Shown here piece after piece: positions 23,151-36,105 of a stretch of DNA of 64,000 nucleotides; the stretch's first letter is position 1; each line of letters starts with the position of its first letter. The translations under genes and the position numbers were made by a program. The notes beneath the pieces were generated by a model. That model had not been told where the DNA came from. It saw nothing but the letters and a program-made list of their open reading frames with translations, and did not search any database. The stretch spans positions 78,530,782 through 78,594,781 of the forward strand of contig NC_085842.1 of the NCBI RefSeq assembly GCF_035594765.1, written 5' to 3'. This DNA is from Anolis carolinensis (taxonomy: Eukaryota).

Positions 23151-24131
23151 CATAGAATCATAGAATCATAGTAAAAGGTAAAGGTAAAGGTTTTCCCCTG
23201 ATGTTAAAGTCCAGTCGTGACCGACTCTGGGGGTTGGTGCTCATCTCCATTTCTAAGCTGAAGAGCCGGCATTGTCCATAGACACCTCCAAGGTTGTGTG
23301 GCCGGCATGACTGCATGGAGCGCCGTTACCTTCCCAGCGGAGCGGTACCTATTGATCTACTCACATTTGCATGTTTTCGAACTGCTAGGTTGGCAGGAGC
23401 TGGGGCTAACAGCGGGTGCTCATTCCGCTCCAGGGATTTGAACCTGGGACCTTTCGGGACCTTCCTTGGAAGCTTTTAAGCAGAGGCTGGATGGCCATCT
23501 GTCGGGTGTGCTTTGAATGCGATTTCCTGCTTCTTAGCGGGGGGTTGGACTAGATGGCCCATGAGGTCTCTTCCAACTCTACTATTCTATGACTCTATGA
23601 CTCTATGACTCTATGCAAGTTCAGCAGCTCAGAGCTTTAACACACTGAGAATCACAGAATCATAGAATAGTAGAGTTGGAAGAGACCTTATGGGCCATCC
23701 AGTCCAACCCCCTGTCAATAAGCAGGAAATCGCATTCAAAGCACCCCTGACAGATGACCATCCAGCCTCTGTTTAAAAGCCTCCAAAGAAGAAGCCTTCA
23801 CCACACCCTGGGGCAGAGAGTTCCACTGCCGAACAGCCCTCACAGTGAGGAAGTTCTTCCTGATGTTCAGGTGGAATCTCCTTTCCTGTAGTTTGAAGCC
23901 ATTGTTCCGCGTCCTAGTCTGCAGGGCAGCAGAAAACAAGCTTGCTCCCTCCTTCCTATGACTTCCCCTCACATATTTGTACATGGCTATCATGTCTCCT
24001 CTCAGCCTTCTCTTCTGCAGGCTAAACATGCCCAGTTCTTTAAGCCTCTCCTCATAGGGCTTGTTCTCCAGACCTTTGATCATTTTAGTTGCCCTCCTCT
24101 GGACACATTCCAGCTTGTCAACATCTCCCTT
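23151..24131 (-). mobile_element. CR1 3' fragment whose tail is split by a Sauria SINE (23172-23648, minus), itself split by a plus-strand CR1 3' end (~23460-23615)
   Basis: ORF 23736..24206 CR1 C-terminus; (catagaat)n on both sides of the SINE; inner (actctatg)n tail. Confidence 0.88.
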
Positions 24132-25719
24132 CAAAGTCCTATTTTTTCTCTGTGCTTTTGTAACCCCACTAACTGTCCTTGCAGGCCATGTGCAAGGCAG
24201 GTACATACTGGGGCCTCTAAAATTACAACAGAGGCAGATTTAGCTTTGCATATGCAACTGGACTGTTTTTTCATTGCTGCCATAGGGTTCCCATGGCCAA
24301 AGAGACAAGCTGCTCTACAGTTGACAGTAGCGGCTCTCTTCAGCGGTGGAAACTGCCATAGTAAAAACAATAAGCAAAACTCTGGCTTTATGTGCTTTTC
24401 TCCCCCATGCTTGCATATGCATTTTTGTTGGATCCTAGTACTCTGTCTTCTCTGCATAAAATGCCTTTTATTTTTCAAATATGTGGTGAAAGTGCTGAGC
24501 CACAAGGCCATTCTTTTATGAAGCATTTAAAGCCCCCTTTCAGCTCAGGCAGTTTCCTGCAATTGAAATCTGGTGTTTATGCAGCCTTGAAAAAAAGACT
24601 GCAAAGACTTAATGGTCTATTGGAAAAATCTACATTATTTTGCACAGGTTTTCTGATATCTACAAATTCCAAGGGACAGAAAACATAAGAAAGAAAAATG
24701 TCCCTATTTTAAATCTCAGAATGAAACAAGTTTCTCAGTATTGTTCATTCCTTTGGTGGCGAAATTATCTGAGGCATGAGGAAGGCAGAATGAAGAATGA
24801 GACAGCTAAATTATAGCTCAATCTCATTAGTGTTAAAAAAATATTTCCAGGAAAGATATTTTCTTGTTTTGCATTGTGTGTGTGAGACTGCATGTGATTT
24901 TTCTCAGTTCTTGAGCCAGTAAGGATCTGAAATGTGCTTAGGACAGCAAAAGAGACAATTTTTTTTGCTTAAGAGAAGACTTTCAATTGACCACATCCAG
25001 AACAGTTCTTCATTCTTTGCAGCAAATTGCCATGTGATTTAGGAAAGAAGTGATCCTTTGAAACAGTTGCAAATTACTGAAGGTTATAAATCTACTGCAT
25101 CCAAATTCAATTGTTTGTAGCAAATGATCATTATAATACCCACCCTATGATGTATTAACAATTCATCCAAAAAAGTAACCTAAAAAGTATTCTACTTAAC
25201 ACAGTTTCAATTAAATTAATTGGGGGCCAGGAAATAACCTTCACTGGGAATGCATATGCAACTACCCTATAAATAGTCAATAACTAACAAAAAAACTATT
25301 CCTCATTTTGAAATCATCAGACTAACCTGAAAGGTTTTGGAAAGAAACCTAATACCGCATTAACTATATACATGGAAATATAGTGCCATCTCTTCAATCT
25401 TCCCTACTACATATTTGAAAAGGTGGTTGTTTCTTTACCCAGTTTTTTAAAACCTGGGCAGCTATTCTATGAAGGTTTAAATTTGCTCTAGATAAAAGAA
25501 AAGTTTTCAAATGAATAGGTCTTTTATTACCTAGTTTATTTCACTAAATATTAAATTTATGAGTATTCAGTTTATACAGATCTCTGTTCAAATAGTTCCA
25601 ATGAGGAAGAAAAATGGGAGCTGTATAAAAAATCCAAAATTGATGTCTAAAGAACCTTCAACTGAGCTGGAATGGAAAAGAAATGTAAAAGGGTGGAAAT
25701 TACAAAAGGGGAATTAAAA

Positions 25720-26480
25720 CAAAAAGTCAGCAAAAATAGTCAGAAAAGCTAAATTGCAGAATGAGCTAGAGAGGTCAAAACCAATAAAGGGGGGAGTTTG
25801 GTCAAGTCCATAGCAAAAAGAACGAGGAAATGGTACATCAATAGAGATGACAAAATGCTAACAGGAGAGAAAAGGCAGAACTACTCAACACCTTATTTGC
25901 CTCTGTCTTCTCCCAAAAGGAAAATCGTGTTTAGCGAGGGGAAAATTGAACAGATGATGCAGTAGGGTAAAGGGAAAGCTGTAGATGTAGTGTATTGTGA
26001 GTTTAGTATAGCCTTCAACAAGATTCCCCATGATTATCTTGCATACAAACTAGTGAAATGTGGACTGGACAATTATATAATGTTTGGTGAATTGATGATT
26101 GATTTTGATTGACTGAACAGAAAGATGCTCAGCAATGGTTCCACTTCATTCTAGAAAAAAGTGACGAATGGGGTGCCCTATGGGGTCTGTCCTGGGCCCA
26201 ATGCTATTCAACATTTTTATCAGTGATTTGGATAGGACACACAGATGGCACCAAATTAGGAAGAATAGCTAATAGGACAAGATCAGTACCCAAAATAACT
26301 TTAACAGGTTAGAGAGCTGGACCAAAACTAACAAAATAAATTTCAACAGGGTGAAATGAAGAAAAAATGAAATATAGAAATAGATTGTGTGACACCTGGC
26401 TTCACAAAAGTAAACATAAAGGAGATCTAGGAGTTTTAGTAGGTGTGATACTAGGCCAATTCAACAGGAGTATAATGTCT
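25720..26480 (+). mobile_element. Old, decayed CR1 fragment
   Basis: Remnants of KAELLNxxFASVFS and GSVLGP motifs with stops and deletions. Confidence 0.65.
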
Positions 26481-26544
26481 AGATCAGTTGTTCTCAAACT
26501 TTGGTCCTCCAGTTGTTTTGGACTTCAGCTTCTGGAATTTCTGG

Positions 26545-27260
26545 TGTCTAAACTTATGGATCTTGGATTGTACATATTCATTCTGTTCCTGGATTATGGA
26601 CTTCTTGTCTGGACGATCCCAGAGGGTTAGATTAGGTATTCATAACTTGTCAGCTCTTACTCTCAACACTGGGACACCACAGGGCTGTGTGTTGTGTCTT
26701 CTGCTTTACACTCTGTACACACAATCCACCATAGCAGTATCATTACCAAATTTGTAGATGATACAACCATCGTGGGGCTTATCTATGAAGGAGATGAGTC
26801 TGCCTATCGGGATAAGGTGGATCAGCTGTTCTCGTGATGCAGGGACAATAATCTGGTTCTTAACATCAATAAGACCAAGGAGCTTATAGTGGACTACAGA
26901 AAGAACAGACCAGACATCCAGCCCTTGGTCATGAATAAAGACCAAGTGGAGCAGTGGCCAGTTTTAAGTTCCTGGGTGTCACTGTGAAGGAGGATCTAAT
27001 GTGAGGTGCCCATTCAGCAACATTGGTTAAAAGGGCCTAGCAGAGACTGCACTACCTAAGACTTCCGAGGAACCAACAACTGAATGAAAACTGCTGGTAT
27101 CTTTCTACTGCAGTGCTATAGAGACTGAGAGTGTCCTAATATAGTGCATGTGCACATGGTTTGGTAACTGTACAGTGGCAGATAGGAAGGCACTCCAAAG
27201 GGTCACTACTACTCTCCCCTCTTTAGAAGAACTTTATAGATCCCGCAGCCTTAAGAAATA
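26545..27260 (+). mobile_element. Decayed Rex1/Babar-type LINE RT fragment
   Basis: WIMDFLSGRSQRVRLG...LNTGTPQGCVL..LLYTLYT...KFVDDTTIVGLI..GDESAYR...NKTKELIVDYRK. Confidence 0.75.
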
Positions 27261-27485
27261 CACACTTCCCTCAAGACAAAAAACACCAGAACCCACTATA
27301 CTTAACATGAATTTTGTGACAAGTCTGAACTTTAATAATCTGCTGTTTTCTTTGAGATTGCCCCTTGAAGTCTCCCACATACAGCTGAATGTTTAAGACA
27401 GAAAGGTATCACTGGCCCACACTCGGATTGATAGGCAAGTACTAAAAACAACCAGAGCCAGTAATGCAACTGTGTCAAATTTCAG

Positions 27486-27491
27486 TTTATT
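27486..27491 (-). terminator. Candidate NISCH polyadenylation signal AATAAA, implying a ~0.8 kb 3' UTR
   Basis: AATAAA on minus strand followed by a GU/U-rich downstream element (ggttgtttttag); lies just before TE-derived sequence. Confidence 0.55.
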
Positions 27492-28274
27492 TGTATTGAG
27501 AAAGATGGCAACATTAACACAGTGCTGTGAACTATTAGTGTCGTATTATCTGCAGGCAACAGGGCAGTTATTAATCCTGGACAATATTTGTGTCTACAAC
27601 AGTGAATAGAAATTGGTTAACTTGCTGAAACAATTGAAAGTGTCCACTGGATATAAAAGCAGCTTTCGGTTATATGTGAGTTTTGCTATCATGTTCACAG
27701 TCAGCAAAAAAATTAAATTTGACACATCATAAAAAGATGAAATGTAAAAATTATCAGAATAATTAAATAATTATCAGCACAGGCAATAAAATACATATTG
27801 TACAAATAACACTGCACTTTAACAGAGCACAAGCAGCTTTAGTTACCCTTATGTACACTTTCTTTGTATAGAACTGCAAGACTGATGTGTAATATATACA
27901 TATATATATATACATAAGACACAAAACACAGTGGAAATTAACAGCCCTAAATTAAAGTATGCCAAGTGTTGACTCCTTTTGTTCCATACAGTTGCCTAGG
28001 ATGCTTAATCAGAAATCCTGAATATGTACGGTTACATAAAAATAGAGTTTAGAAAATTCCAGTTCAACATTTTAGCAGAATATGTTGTACTATTAAAACC
28101 TCCCAGTTGCACAAGGAATGGTAGTGGTAACACACAAGTAAGATTCAACGTCCTGTGAAGAGCGAGTCCTTCCCTGTTTTTATGCAGGTGAAACTGTGCT
28201 TTAATTCATCATCTTCAACCTGATTCTTTTGGTCTGCAAATGACTAAAATATTTGAAAACAAAAACCCCACAAA

Positions 28275-28903
28275 CTACCCCGTGAGCTCCAAAGGCAGCT
28301 CTCGGCCACATAAAATCTCCCATTGCCTAGCAAGCAAAGAGATGAGTTTCTCCCGACTGTCTGGGCTTGGGATGAAAACACACCAGAGGACCTCGCGGCT
28401 ACTGCTACCCTCCGCAGGAACCTGCCCTTTCGGGAACCTGAGAACGTTGCCAAAGTGATCCAGGGTCATATTCTGCATAAGGTCTTGGTTATGAATGTCA
28501 TCAAACACGAAGGTAAGCGCTTGCGGATAGGTTTGGTAGCCCATCAGCACTCGGTCCAAGTCACGGATTCTCCTTCCATCTGCTAGCTGGTATTTGTCTT
28601 TCTTTGGCGGCTCCTTGGCAAATTCAGGCAGTGGGTAACTGATGTAATCCTCATTGAACAGGAACAGGTCCGAACTGGTTAATATGAGAGTCTTAGGCTG
28701 AAGTGAGCTGCTTGCCTGAGCAGTCCCTTCTGCCGTATTCACTTGAAAAGCCAATACATAGAGGAGGATATTCAGAGATTGGACGTTGATCACATTGTTC
28801 ATCTTCTCTGCTACTAGAAAAGCAAGGTCCCCAATTTCTTCTTCACTGGGGTATATGAACTTCACTCTGCTAGAGTGAATCATTTCGTAATTCTCCATTT
28901 TTC
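28275..28903 (-). CDS. NISCH: Nischarin last coding exon 21: (G)[26 protein letters not shown]...[12 protein letters not shown]
   Basis: ORF 28275..28958; ttgcag acceptor; conserved C-terminus ELPxELTG then TAG. Confidence 0.97.
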
Positions 28904-30284
28904 CTGCAAGCATAAATATCCATACCTTACTATTTAAACATTTCTCCTGAAGGAGCAACTAAGATTAAGTTTAAGGCTCTTTTTATATTTTTACCTGAAT
29001 ATTTAAAGGAAGATCTTTATTGGATAATCCAAAATGTGAATGATCAAATTAACTCTTTACTTTACAAACACAAACCAGAACTGAAAATCAGTAAACTGTG
29101 GATCAGAAATCTTCCCTCTGCCATAAACTTGTTAGCAGGCCTTCTACAAGCTAACTGCTTTCAGTATTAAACCCAGCCCCACTACCTTTATACCCTGCAA
29201 ATATTTTGATAACACTATGTAACAAAATTTGAAAAAAATCTGTTCTGGCTTGAAATTGTTGTTTCCTGTTTAATTGTTTGGTACTTTGTTTTTTTGTGGT
29301 TGCCACAAACTACAGTATGTTGAATTGGTTGAGACTCTACGAGATATTCCTTGAAGAACTATGGCAGATGTCCCGCAAAAACAAAGTTTTTATAGTTTAA
29401 TAAACTTTACCTATGTTTTTATGATAGAACCAATTAGGAAATAACATTTATAGCCCAAGAACAAAAATTGTGTTACATAGTGTAATCCGATAGGTGGGTC
29501 ACTGACATGTTAAGGATTAGCATTTTAAAAGGTCTAAACTACATCATATTTAGAACATTGCTGCAAAGAACTCAGGCTTCTAAATATTTCACTTGTACAT
29601 AACAGAAATTCTGACCGTCAACAGTGAAGCTAGTAAGGGATTGGGAGCCTGCTCTATCCTGAGGCAGAAAGTATGCAGGTTTGGGGTGCCTCTGGATCCT
29701 GCCATTGCTCCCAAAACCCAGGTGACCTTTGCCCGGCTTCAGCCAATACACTACTTGTGCGCCTTACTGAGTTTGACCTCAGTCATTACTTCAAATAATT
29801 TCCCATTTATATGATTGCAAGGTTTCCTACATGAGGATGCTAACTTTCAGGACATCTACAAACTGAACTATGTTTAGAAACTAGTGGAAATGAAAACATC
29901 ACATTGCCTTTTATATGTCATGTTATACCAATTCAACACTGGCTTCCAATTTTTTCCTGGCCCAATTCAAGGTGCTGGTCCTTATCTTCAAAGATGTCAG
30001 CATAATCCCATAATTTCTGTGATATGTTTTATCACAGACCTGCTTTAGAATCGAGTCTACTGAAATTACATGATATGAATGGAGATTTCAGAATCCTGGT
30101 AAGAGGAATTCTATAAAAAAGGCTTATGCACCTAGAAAAAGTATGGCTGTCTAAAATTCTTCTGCCCTGTTATTCTGTGCACCTATAATCTTGGGCAATA
30201 GATGCAAAGAGAGCAAGAAAATTTTAAATGTATACTAATGTAATAAGTGATTTAAAGGCCTGAAATATTTCTAGATTGTTTTAC

Positions 30285-30446
30285 CTGTATTTTTCTTTCC
30301 AAATTCGGAGTAGAAGTCCTTATCTACTGGCTCTGGAGATGGTGTCCTTGCCAGTAATGAGAGCACAGCCATGAGATGCTGGATAAAGTCATGAGTGCTG
30401 TAACTGTCTCTGGTGAGGCAAGTTAATATATGTTCAGCTGAACGAC
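30285..30446 (-). CDS. NISCH: Nischarin exon 20: (G)[53 protein letters not shown]
   Basis: Inside ORF 30271..30510; tttcag/gtaaaa; 162 nt. Confidence 0.96.
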
Positions 30447-30919
30447 CTGAAAAGAAGACAGAACCAAAGTTGTTTCTGGTTCTCCCATAACACTGCTTTG
30501 GATTTTTCAATGGAGACCATTTTTCAGTAACTTTTTGTGAAATGCTTACATCAGAAGCATGTGCAATGTCACACAGAAAAAAAATTACCCAAAAAACAAG
30601 AACAAAACATTACAAAGATTAAAATAACATCCAAATTCTAGTCAATATCTCTACTAAAACTTCTCAAGATAATAAAGAGATTCAAGATCTGAGACTTATG
30701 TTTGTGCTAAAAAAAATTCAAGAAGTATTTTGAAAATGTGTAGTAGGGAAATTGAATGTAGCGCCTCATATGATAAAAATGTTTATTAAGCATTATCACA
30801 AAGTACATTGTAATTAACTCTATAAGCACGAATAAATAAATTGATTCAACAAATAATGAAGTCTGATGGTAGAAGGGGAACACAAAACAGAAAAGATGAG
30901 GAAATACCTATTTACTTAC

Positions 30920-31048
30920 CAGCAAGTCGAAAATATTGATCAAAAAGTCCAATGTTTACTGAGTGCAGATCATTCAATTTCAGAACTAGGCAGCAAGAGA
31001 GGTAGAAAGAACTGAATTCACAGTCAAGGAGGCCTTTGTTCCCAAAAC
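30920..31048 (-). CDS. NISCH: Nischarin exon 19: (G)[42 protein letters not shown]
   Basis: cagcag tandem acceptor (alternative start 31051); gtaagt donor; 129 or 132 nt. Confidence 0.93.
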
Positions 31049-31534
31049 CTGCTGTTTAAAGAATATTCGTATAAAGCTATGGTTTTCTTCAAGAGATCTG
31101 AGGGGTGTTTTCACATCTCAAAAAGTCACAGTTCACCATTTCATTCTGTAACTTAAATCAAAAGTTTCTACTAAAGACAGAACAAGTTATACATTAAGCT
31201 AAGTGATATGGGCTCCAAAGTCTGTATTTACAGAGATAAAACTTACAAAATTTCACATTAGACATGTATCTGTACTGGGAGAATCCACAGAAAGATGGTC
31301 CTTTCTCAACCTTCCCCATAGTTTCATCCAGTCTCCTTCCTATTTATTTCTGATCCATAGAGGTGGTTGGGGGGATGTTTAGTCAGTCATATGGGACGGA
31401 TTGTGTAAACACAGGCAGAAATACGAATGCTACCATTGCCTGCCAGCCAATTCCTCCTTGCATGTGCCTTCTCATATTTGCATTCATCTTCTGAAATCTT
31501 GCTGCCACATAGTAATACTGCTACAAAACTGTAT

Positions 31535-32290
31535 TATTTATTTATTTATTTTATTTAATACATTTCTATTCTGCCCTTCTCACCCCGAAGGGGACTCAGG
31601 GCGGAGCACAACATATATACAACAAGCTCTCCATGCCGGGACATAAAATAATTGTAAATATACACAAACATTATAATCAGTTATATCTATTTTAAAATCA
31701 TCTATTTAAACCAACTCAGGACACCATGTTGGCTCCGGTTAGTGGAGTAGGTTTCCTATTATTGTTGCCTCATTGCACTGCCTAAGGCTTGGTCCCACAG
31801 CCAGGTTTTTACCATCTCTCTAAAGGACAGGAAGGGGGGGGGGCTGATCTAATCTCCCCAAGAAGGAAGTTCCATAGCCGGGGGGGGGGGGGGGGGCAAT
31901 AACTAAGAAAGCCCTTCTCTTGTCCCTGCCAAATGTGCCTGTGACGGTGGTGGGACTGAAAGCAGGGCCTCCCCAAAAGATCTTAGTCTTCGCAGTGGTT
32001 TGTAAAGGGAGATGCGTTCTGACAGATAAACTGGGCTGGGGCTGTTTAGGGCTTTACAGGCCAAAGCCAGCACTTTGAATTATGCCCGGTAGCAAACAGG
32101 CAGCCAGTGGAGCTGACGTAACATGGGAGTTGTGTGCTCCCTGTATGCCGCCCCAGTTATTAACCTGGCTGCCTCTTGTTGGACTATTTGTAGCTTCCGG
32201 ACAGTCTTCAAAGGCAACCCCACATAGAGCGCATTGCGGTAGTCTATCCTGGATGTAATGAGAGCATGGACCATCGAGGCCAAGTCTGAC
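31535..32290 (-). mobile_element. L2 LINE 3' fragment
   Basis: VHALITSRIDY.NALYVGLPLKTVRKLQ...LHWLPV; tail ccgccctgagtcccc...aataaa. Confidence 0.85.
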
Positions 32291-32527
32291 TTTCTAACTG
32301 AAAACCTATTCAACAATGAAGCAGGTAACAATGGCCTTTTAAAATCTTCTGTGCCTAGTGCCATTTTCTGTGTTTCCACAAACTGACAATACATACCAGG
32401 AACAGAATTATAGTTACTCTTTTAATAAATGTGCATCTTCACAGTAAGTGATCTGTTTTGAGCAAAAAAAATCTGCCTGTCCTCACAAATATTATTAAAA
32501 GCCACAAACAAGCTTTTCTTATCTTAC

Positions 32528-32681
32528 CTAACTGATGCTCATTAGAATGACTCACAGAATTATCCAACAAGAAGTAAATAGCTTTAGTTGAAAGTAGCAC
32601 ACAAGCTGTCACTTCCATATCAGGTGCTTTATAAAAAAGAACAGATGACCACATGAGATATCTTAGCTCTTCATTTTCCAC
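32528..32681 (-). CDS. NISCH: Nischarin exon 18: [51 protein letters not shown]
   Basis: ORF 32439..32681; ttgtag/gtaaga; 154 nt. Confidence 0.95.
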
Positions 32682-33174
32682 CTACAATACAGACAATGCA
32701 ATTAATCAGCTATTTTAGCATAACTTTATATTTCGCCTTCTTTTGTGACTTGCCTGTTATAATTCATTTTTTATATATCTCATAGTTAAACTTATATTTC
32801 CACCACAAAGAATCTCTCTTTGGTAATACTGTTGTCCCTGTGAGCTCTCAAGTTCCACACTTATGTATCTATGAAAGTAATAATGATTTACATAAGTGTG
32901 TTGAGAAGTTCTTAAAAACCCAATTGTAAATATCACACATTTATTCTCAACAAGGACATATTTGCAGCTATCCTATAAATTCCATTCAAATAAAACAGTC
33001 TAGTGCAGCACCACAATTTAGTACTAAGAATAGTAAAATTAGGATACCAGCATGATATCTCTTTCCATAAAAACGTGTCAGTCTTTAAAATACAATTTTG
33101 CTTAAAACAAATCAACATGCTCTCTTCTGGAATCCTACATCTGGAAAAACCCATCTGTATTCCTTATGAAATAC

Positions 33175-33349
33175 CTCAGCAATGCTGTTGTGGAAAAATT
33201 CCATAATGGATTTCCCCTTTAGCCCAGCGACATATTGGAGAGACGATGAAATCAGAAGGTGCACAGGTATCTGGTTCTCTTCAGTGATTTTCTTCAGCAG
33301 AAATTCAGATGGATATAGAGATGAGAAGGGCAGGTGAGGCTTACAATAG
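33175..33349 (-). CDS. NISCH: Nischarin exon 17: (S)[31 protein letters not shown]...[16 protein letters not shown]
   Basis: ttttccag/gtattt; 175 nt; conserved YPSE..EENQIP..FHxSIAE; absent from the ORF track. Confidence 0.92.
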
Positions 33350-33658
33350 CTGGAAAAAAGATGAATTCACACTATCAGCAGGAAACATAAATGAAACACA
33401 AGTAAAAGCCAAAGAAGAAAGTATCAACACCTATAATTTTGTATTTTCACATATTTCTAAATATATCTTAAATTCTATTTAGGTTTTCATAAATATTAGT
33501 TAAGGTATTTCTGACTAGAACTCACTTCCACAGCTACTGCCCTAATGTAAAATTGTACAGCATGGTTCAAAGGAAGCAAAAGGACCAGACTCAAAATTTA
33601 CAGCCCACCAAGTTCCTCACTGTCACTGTATGCTTTGAAAAGAAATACATATCCTCAC

Positions 33659-34990
33659 CTTGAAGCCTGGTTGTGCCTTGTGGAAGCCAAGAGAGAATTT
33701 CTTGCTGGCTCTACATTGCTGGAAGCTTTGAAAACAATTATTGTTTTGATGTCTTGCAGAAGTGTCCTCAGAAGACTATAGACTCTCAGAAAATGGAACT
33801 TCTCATGAGGAAGAACAAATACTGCTGTGACCAATCTATAGCCAATGAGTAATTCTAGCACATGTCCATCTGAAAATGAACCTTCCTGCTGAACAGAATG
33901 GCTGGTGGGATGCAAAAGAACCGAAGCCAGGGGGATCCTACTCATTTTGAAAATGCTCCTTGCATTTTCAGAGTCTATGTGTTTTCCAGGCAGTACATTA
34001 AAATCAACGTGAACTATGTGCAGGTGCTGCGGGGTTAGAAATATCCAACAGGGATGGAACATGCAGTGGCTTTCTCCAGTGAACTTGTGGAACGCTGAAT
34101 AAAGTGCAGAACTTGTACCATGTTTAGAAAAAGTTTTGTCATTGCTGGCCATGTCTGGCTGGCATAGGACCTTTTGAGCATCAGTGTTATTATGGCAGAA
34201 AATATAAGCTGGGAAACACCCTTTTATTTCCGTGTTTTCAGATGAAATGTGATAAAACCCCATCAGCTGGTAAACAAATTCCTGCAAACTTGCTTTGCCA
34301 CAGTGCAGTAAGGAACTTGCTAAAGGAGGTCTGCAGCACTGAGAGCATGACCTATGTAAACAGGAATAGAAATCTTGCAGGTTCTGAGAGTCTGAGACAA
34401 TAAATAAACTTGTGTCGCCATTATTTACTTTGAGTGTCAAACAAATTTCTGGTATCAAGAAGCCAAATTCTGTAAGATCTGAATATGGAAAACACACTAC
34501 TAATTTCAAGGCAGAAAGAATATGTTGGCAGTTTCCTTTTGAATCTTGGGGAATTTCAAACACAGCTACCACACTACCAGTCAAAACCAGACAGGAAGCA
34601 AACTGCTTGAGTCCTTTATGAACCTGAATACAAAAACTCCACAGGATTTTGACTATGTCATGATGCTCTGCTTTTGTGCTATCCAACGCTACAGACACAA
34701 TGTCCGGAGTAGGGCTGAACTCAAACACATGGTCTCCTTCATGAAGTCCCATTTCAAAATAGCCATCTTCTGTATCTACTGCTCTGGAATCACTCAAACA
34801 GTTCCCTGTATTTTGGATCCGAGTTTCCATTGAAAAAGAAGGTGCGTTTTCCATAGCCTCTGCTATCAATGCAGAGAGATGTTGCACAAAGTCCTGATTT
34901 GTGGCAGTGTACGACATACAAACGAAAGGTAGGATCACGGTATTAAAGTGGTTATGCAAGGCATCAGATTCCTCGTCTGAACGGTCCGAA
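33659..34990 (-). CDS. NISCH: Nischarin large exon 16 (1332 nt): ...ILPFVCMSYTATNQDFVQHLS...YFEMG...FVLPHEKFHFLRVY...
   Basis: ORF 33655..34959 extended to the ctttcttttctttccaag acceptor; gtgagg donor. Confidence 0.96.
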
Positions 34991-35260
34991 CTTGGAAAGA
35001 AAAGAAAGGAGAATGATGTTAATCCAATTGAAAAATCATGATCCTCATTTCAAAGACTCATTCTAGTGTCACTAAGTACTGTTGCAGTGAGGATGCACAC
35101 ATCCACCTTCATATTAGATGTTTACAGCATAGGCCCAAATCCAATGCAGGATTAAGCATTCTCAAACACATTTCTGTCTTCTTTTTAAAGAACAATCTCT
35201 TTCAGGTACAAGTTTTAAATTCAGGTCATTTTACCAAATAAAATAAAACATCTCACTCAC

Positions 35261-35316
35261 CACATATGAGGGGCATTTTCATAGCTGCTAGAAAACTCCA
35301 ACTGGGAAGCAGGTAC
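35261..35316 (-). CDS. NISCH: Nischarin exon 15 (short, poorly conserved): VPASQLEFSSSYENAPHM(C)
   Basis: tttgaag acceptor, strong gtgagt donor; 56 nt supplies exactly the phase 0->2 shift needed to join exon 14 to exon 16. Confidence 0.75.
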
Positions 35317-36105
35317 CTTCAAAGAAAATAATATCATGATAGGTAAGTTGAAACAAGCTTGACTGGAACCTGGATAATCACTTTTCAAAAAAGTGATTCA
35401 TTCGAGTTAGTCATTTCACTATCTCAAAAGTAATCTGTTAATATTACTCATTGGGATGCTAAAAAGTAATTCACTTGTTATAGCTTTCCCTTACTTTATT
35501 TTGACAGAGACTGTCAAAGAATGGATAGCATAAAATCTAAAAAAAATCCTCACAAAGTATTTCTACAATGCCCTCATCTCAAGACATCAGTGTTTGTTCT
35601 GAATGATGATTTTGTGCCTCTAAACATCATATAAGCTTCATTCATCTGTTGATGCATAATGTAAAGAGAAGCAACCCCCAACTGTTCCTATTGTAATGTA
35701 ACAGGTAGCATGCTGGTTACAATCAATAAAGTCAGGGCTCCTAAAGCTTCCTGATTTAGTATTATGCCTAAACATGGCCAGTAAGAGATCTCTTTGGATT
35801 AAGAGATAGAAGCCAAAGCTCAAGAAAAGGAAGAGTGAGATTCATCAAACATGGCACACTTTCTGTTATGCCATTCTTGTACCTGTGTTTTCCCTCTAAG
35901 TACAATATGATTACAAATCCAATACATCTGAAATGTCACCCAGCATAATGAAAGCTGTATTAAATTTCCCCATTTACTCAGGCGAAACCTTATCCCACTC
36001 TTCACAGACCTAGCATTCACCAAATATCTGAACTGGTTCCCGATACTCACAAATCCCTCTTTAAAAGCACAACCAGAACATCATTCAATTGAAATATACT
36101 ATTAC

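Noticed and set aside
33200-33225. Apparent frameshift in NISCH exon 17
   Set aside because: Recounting the AAAGGGGAAA run gives an intact [16 protein letters not shown] frame.
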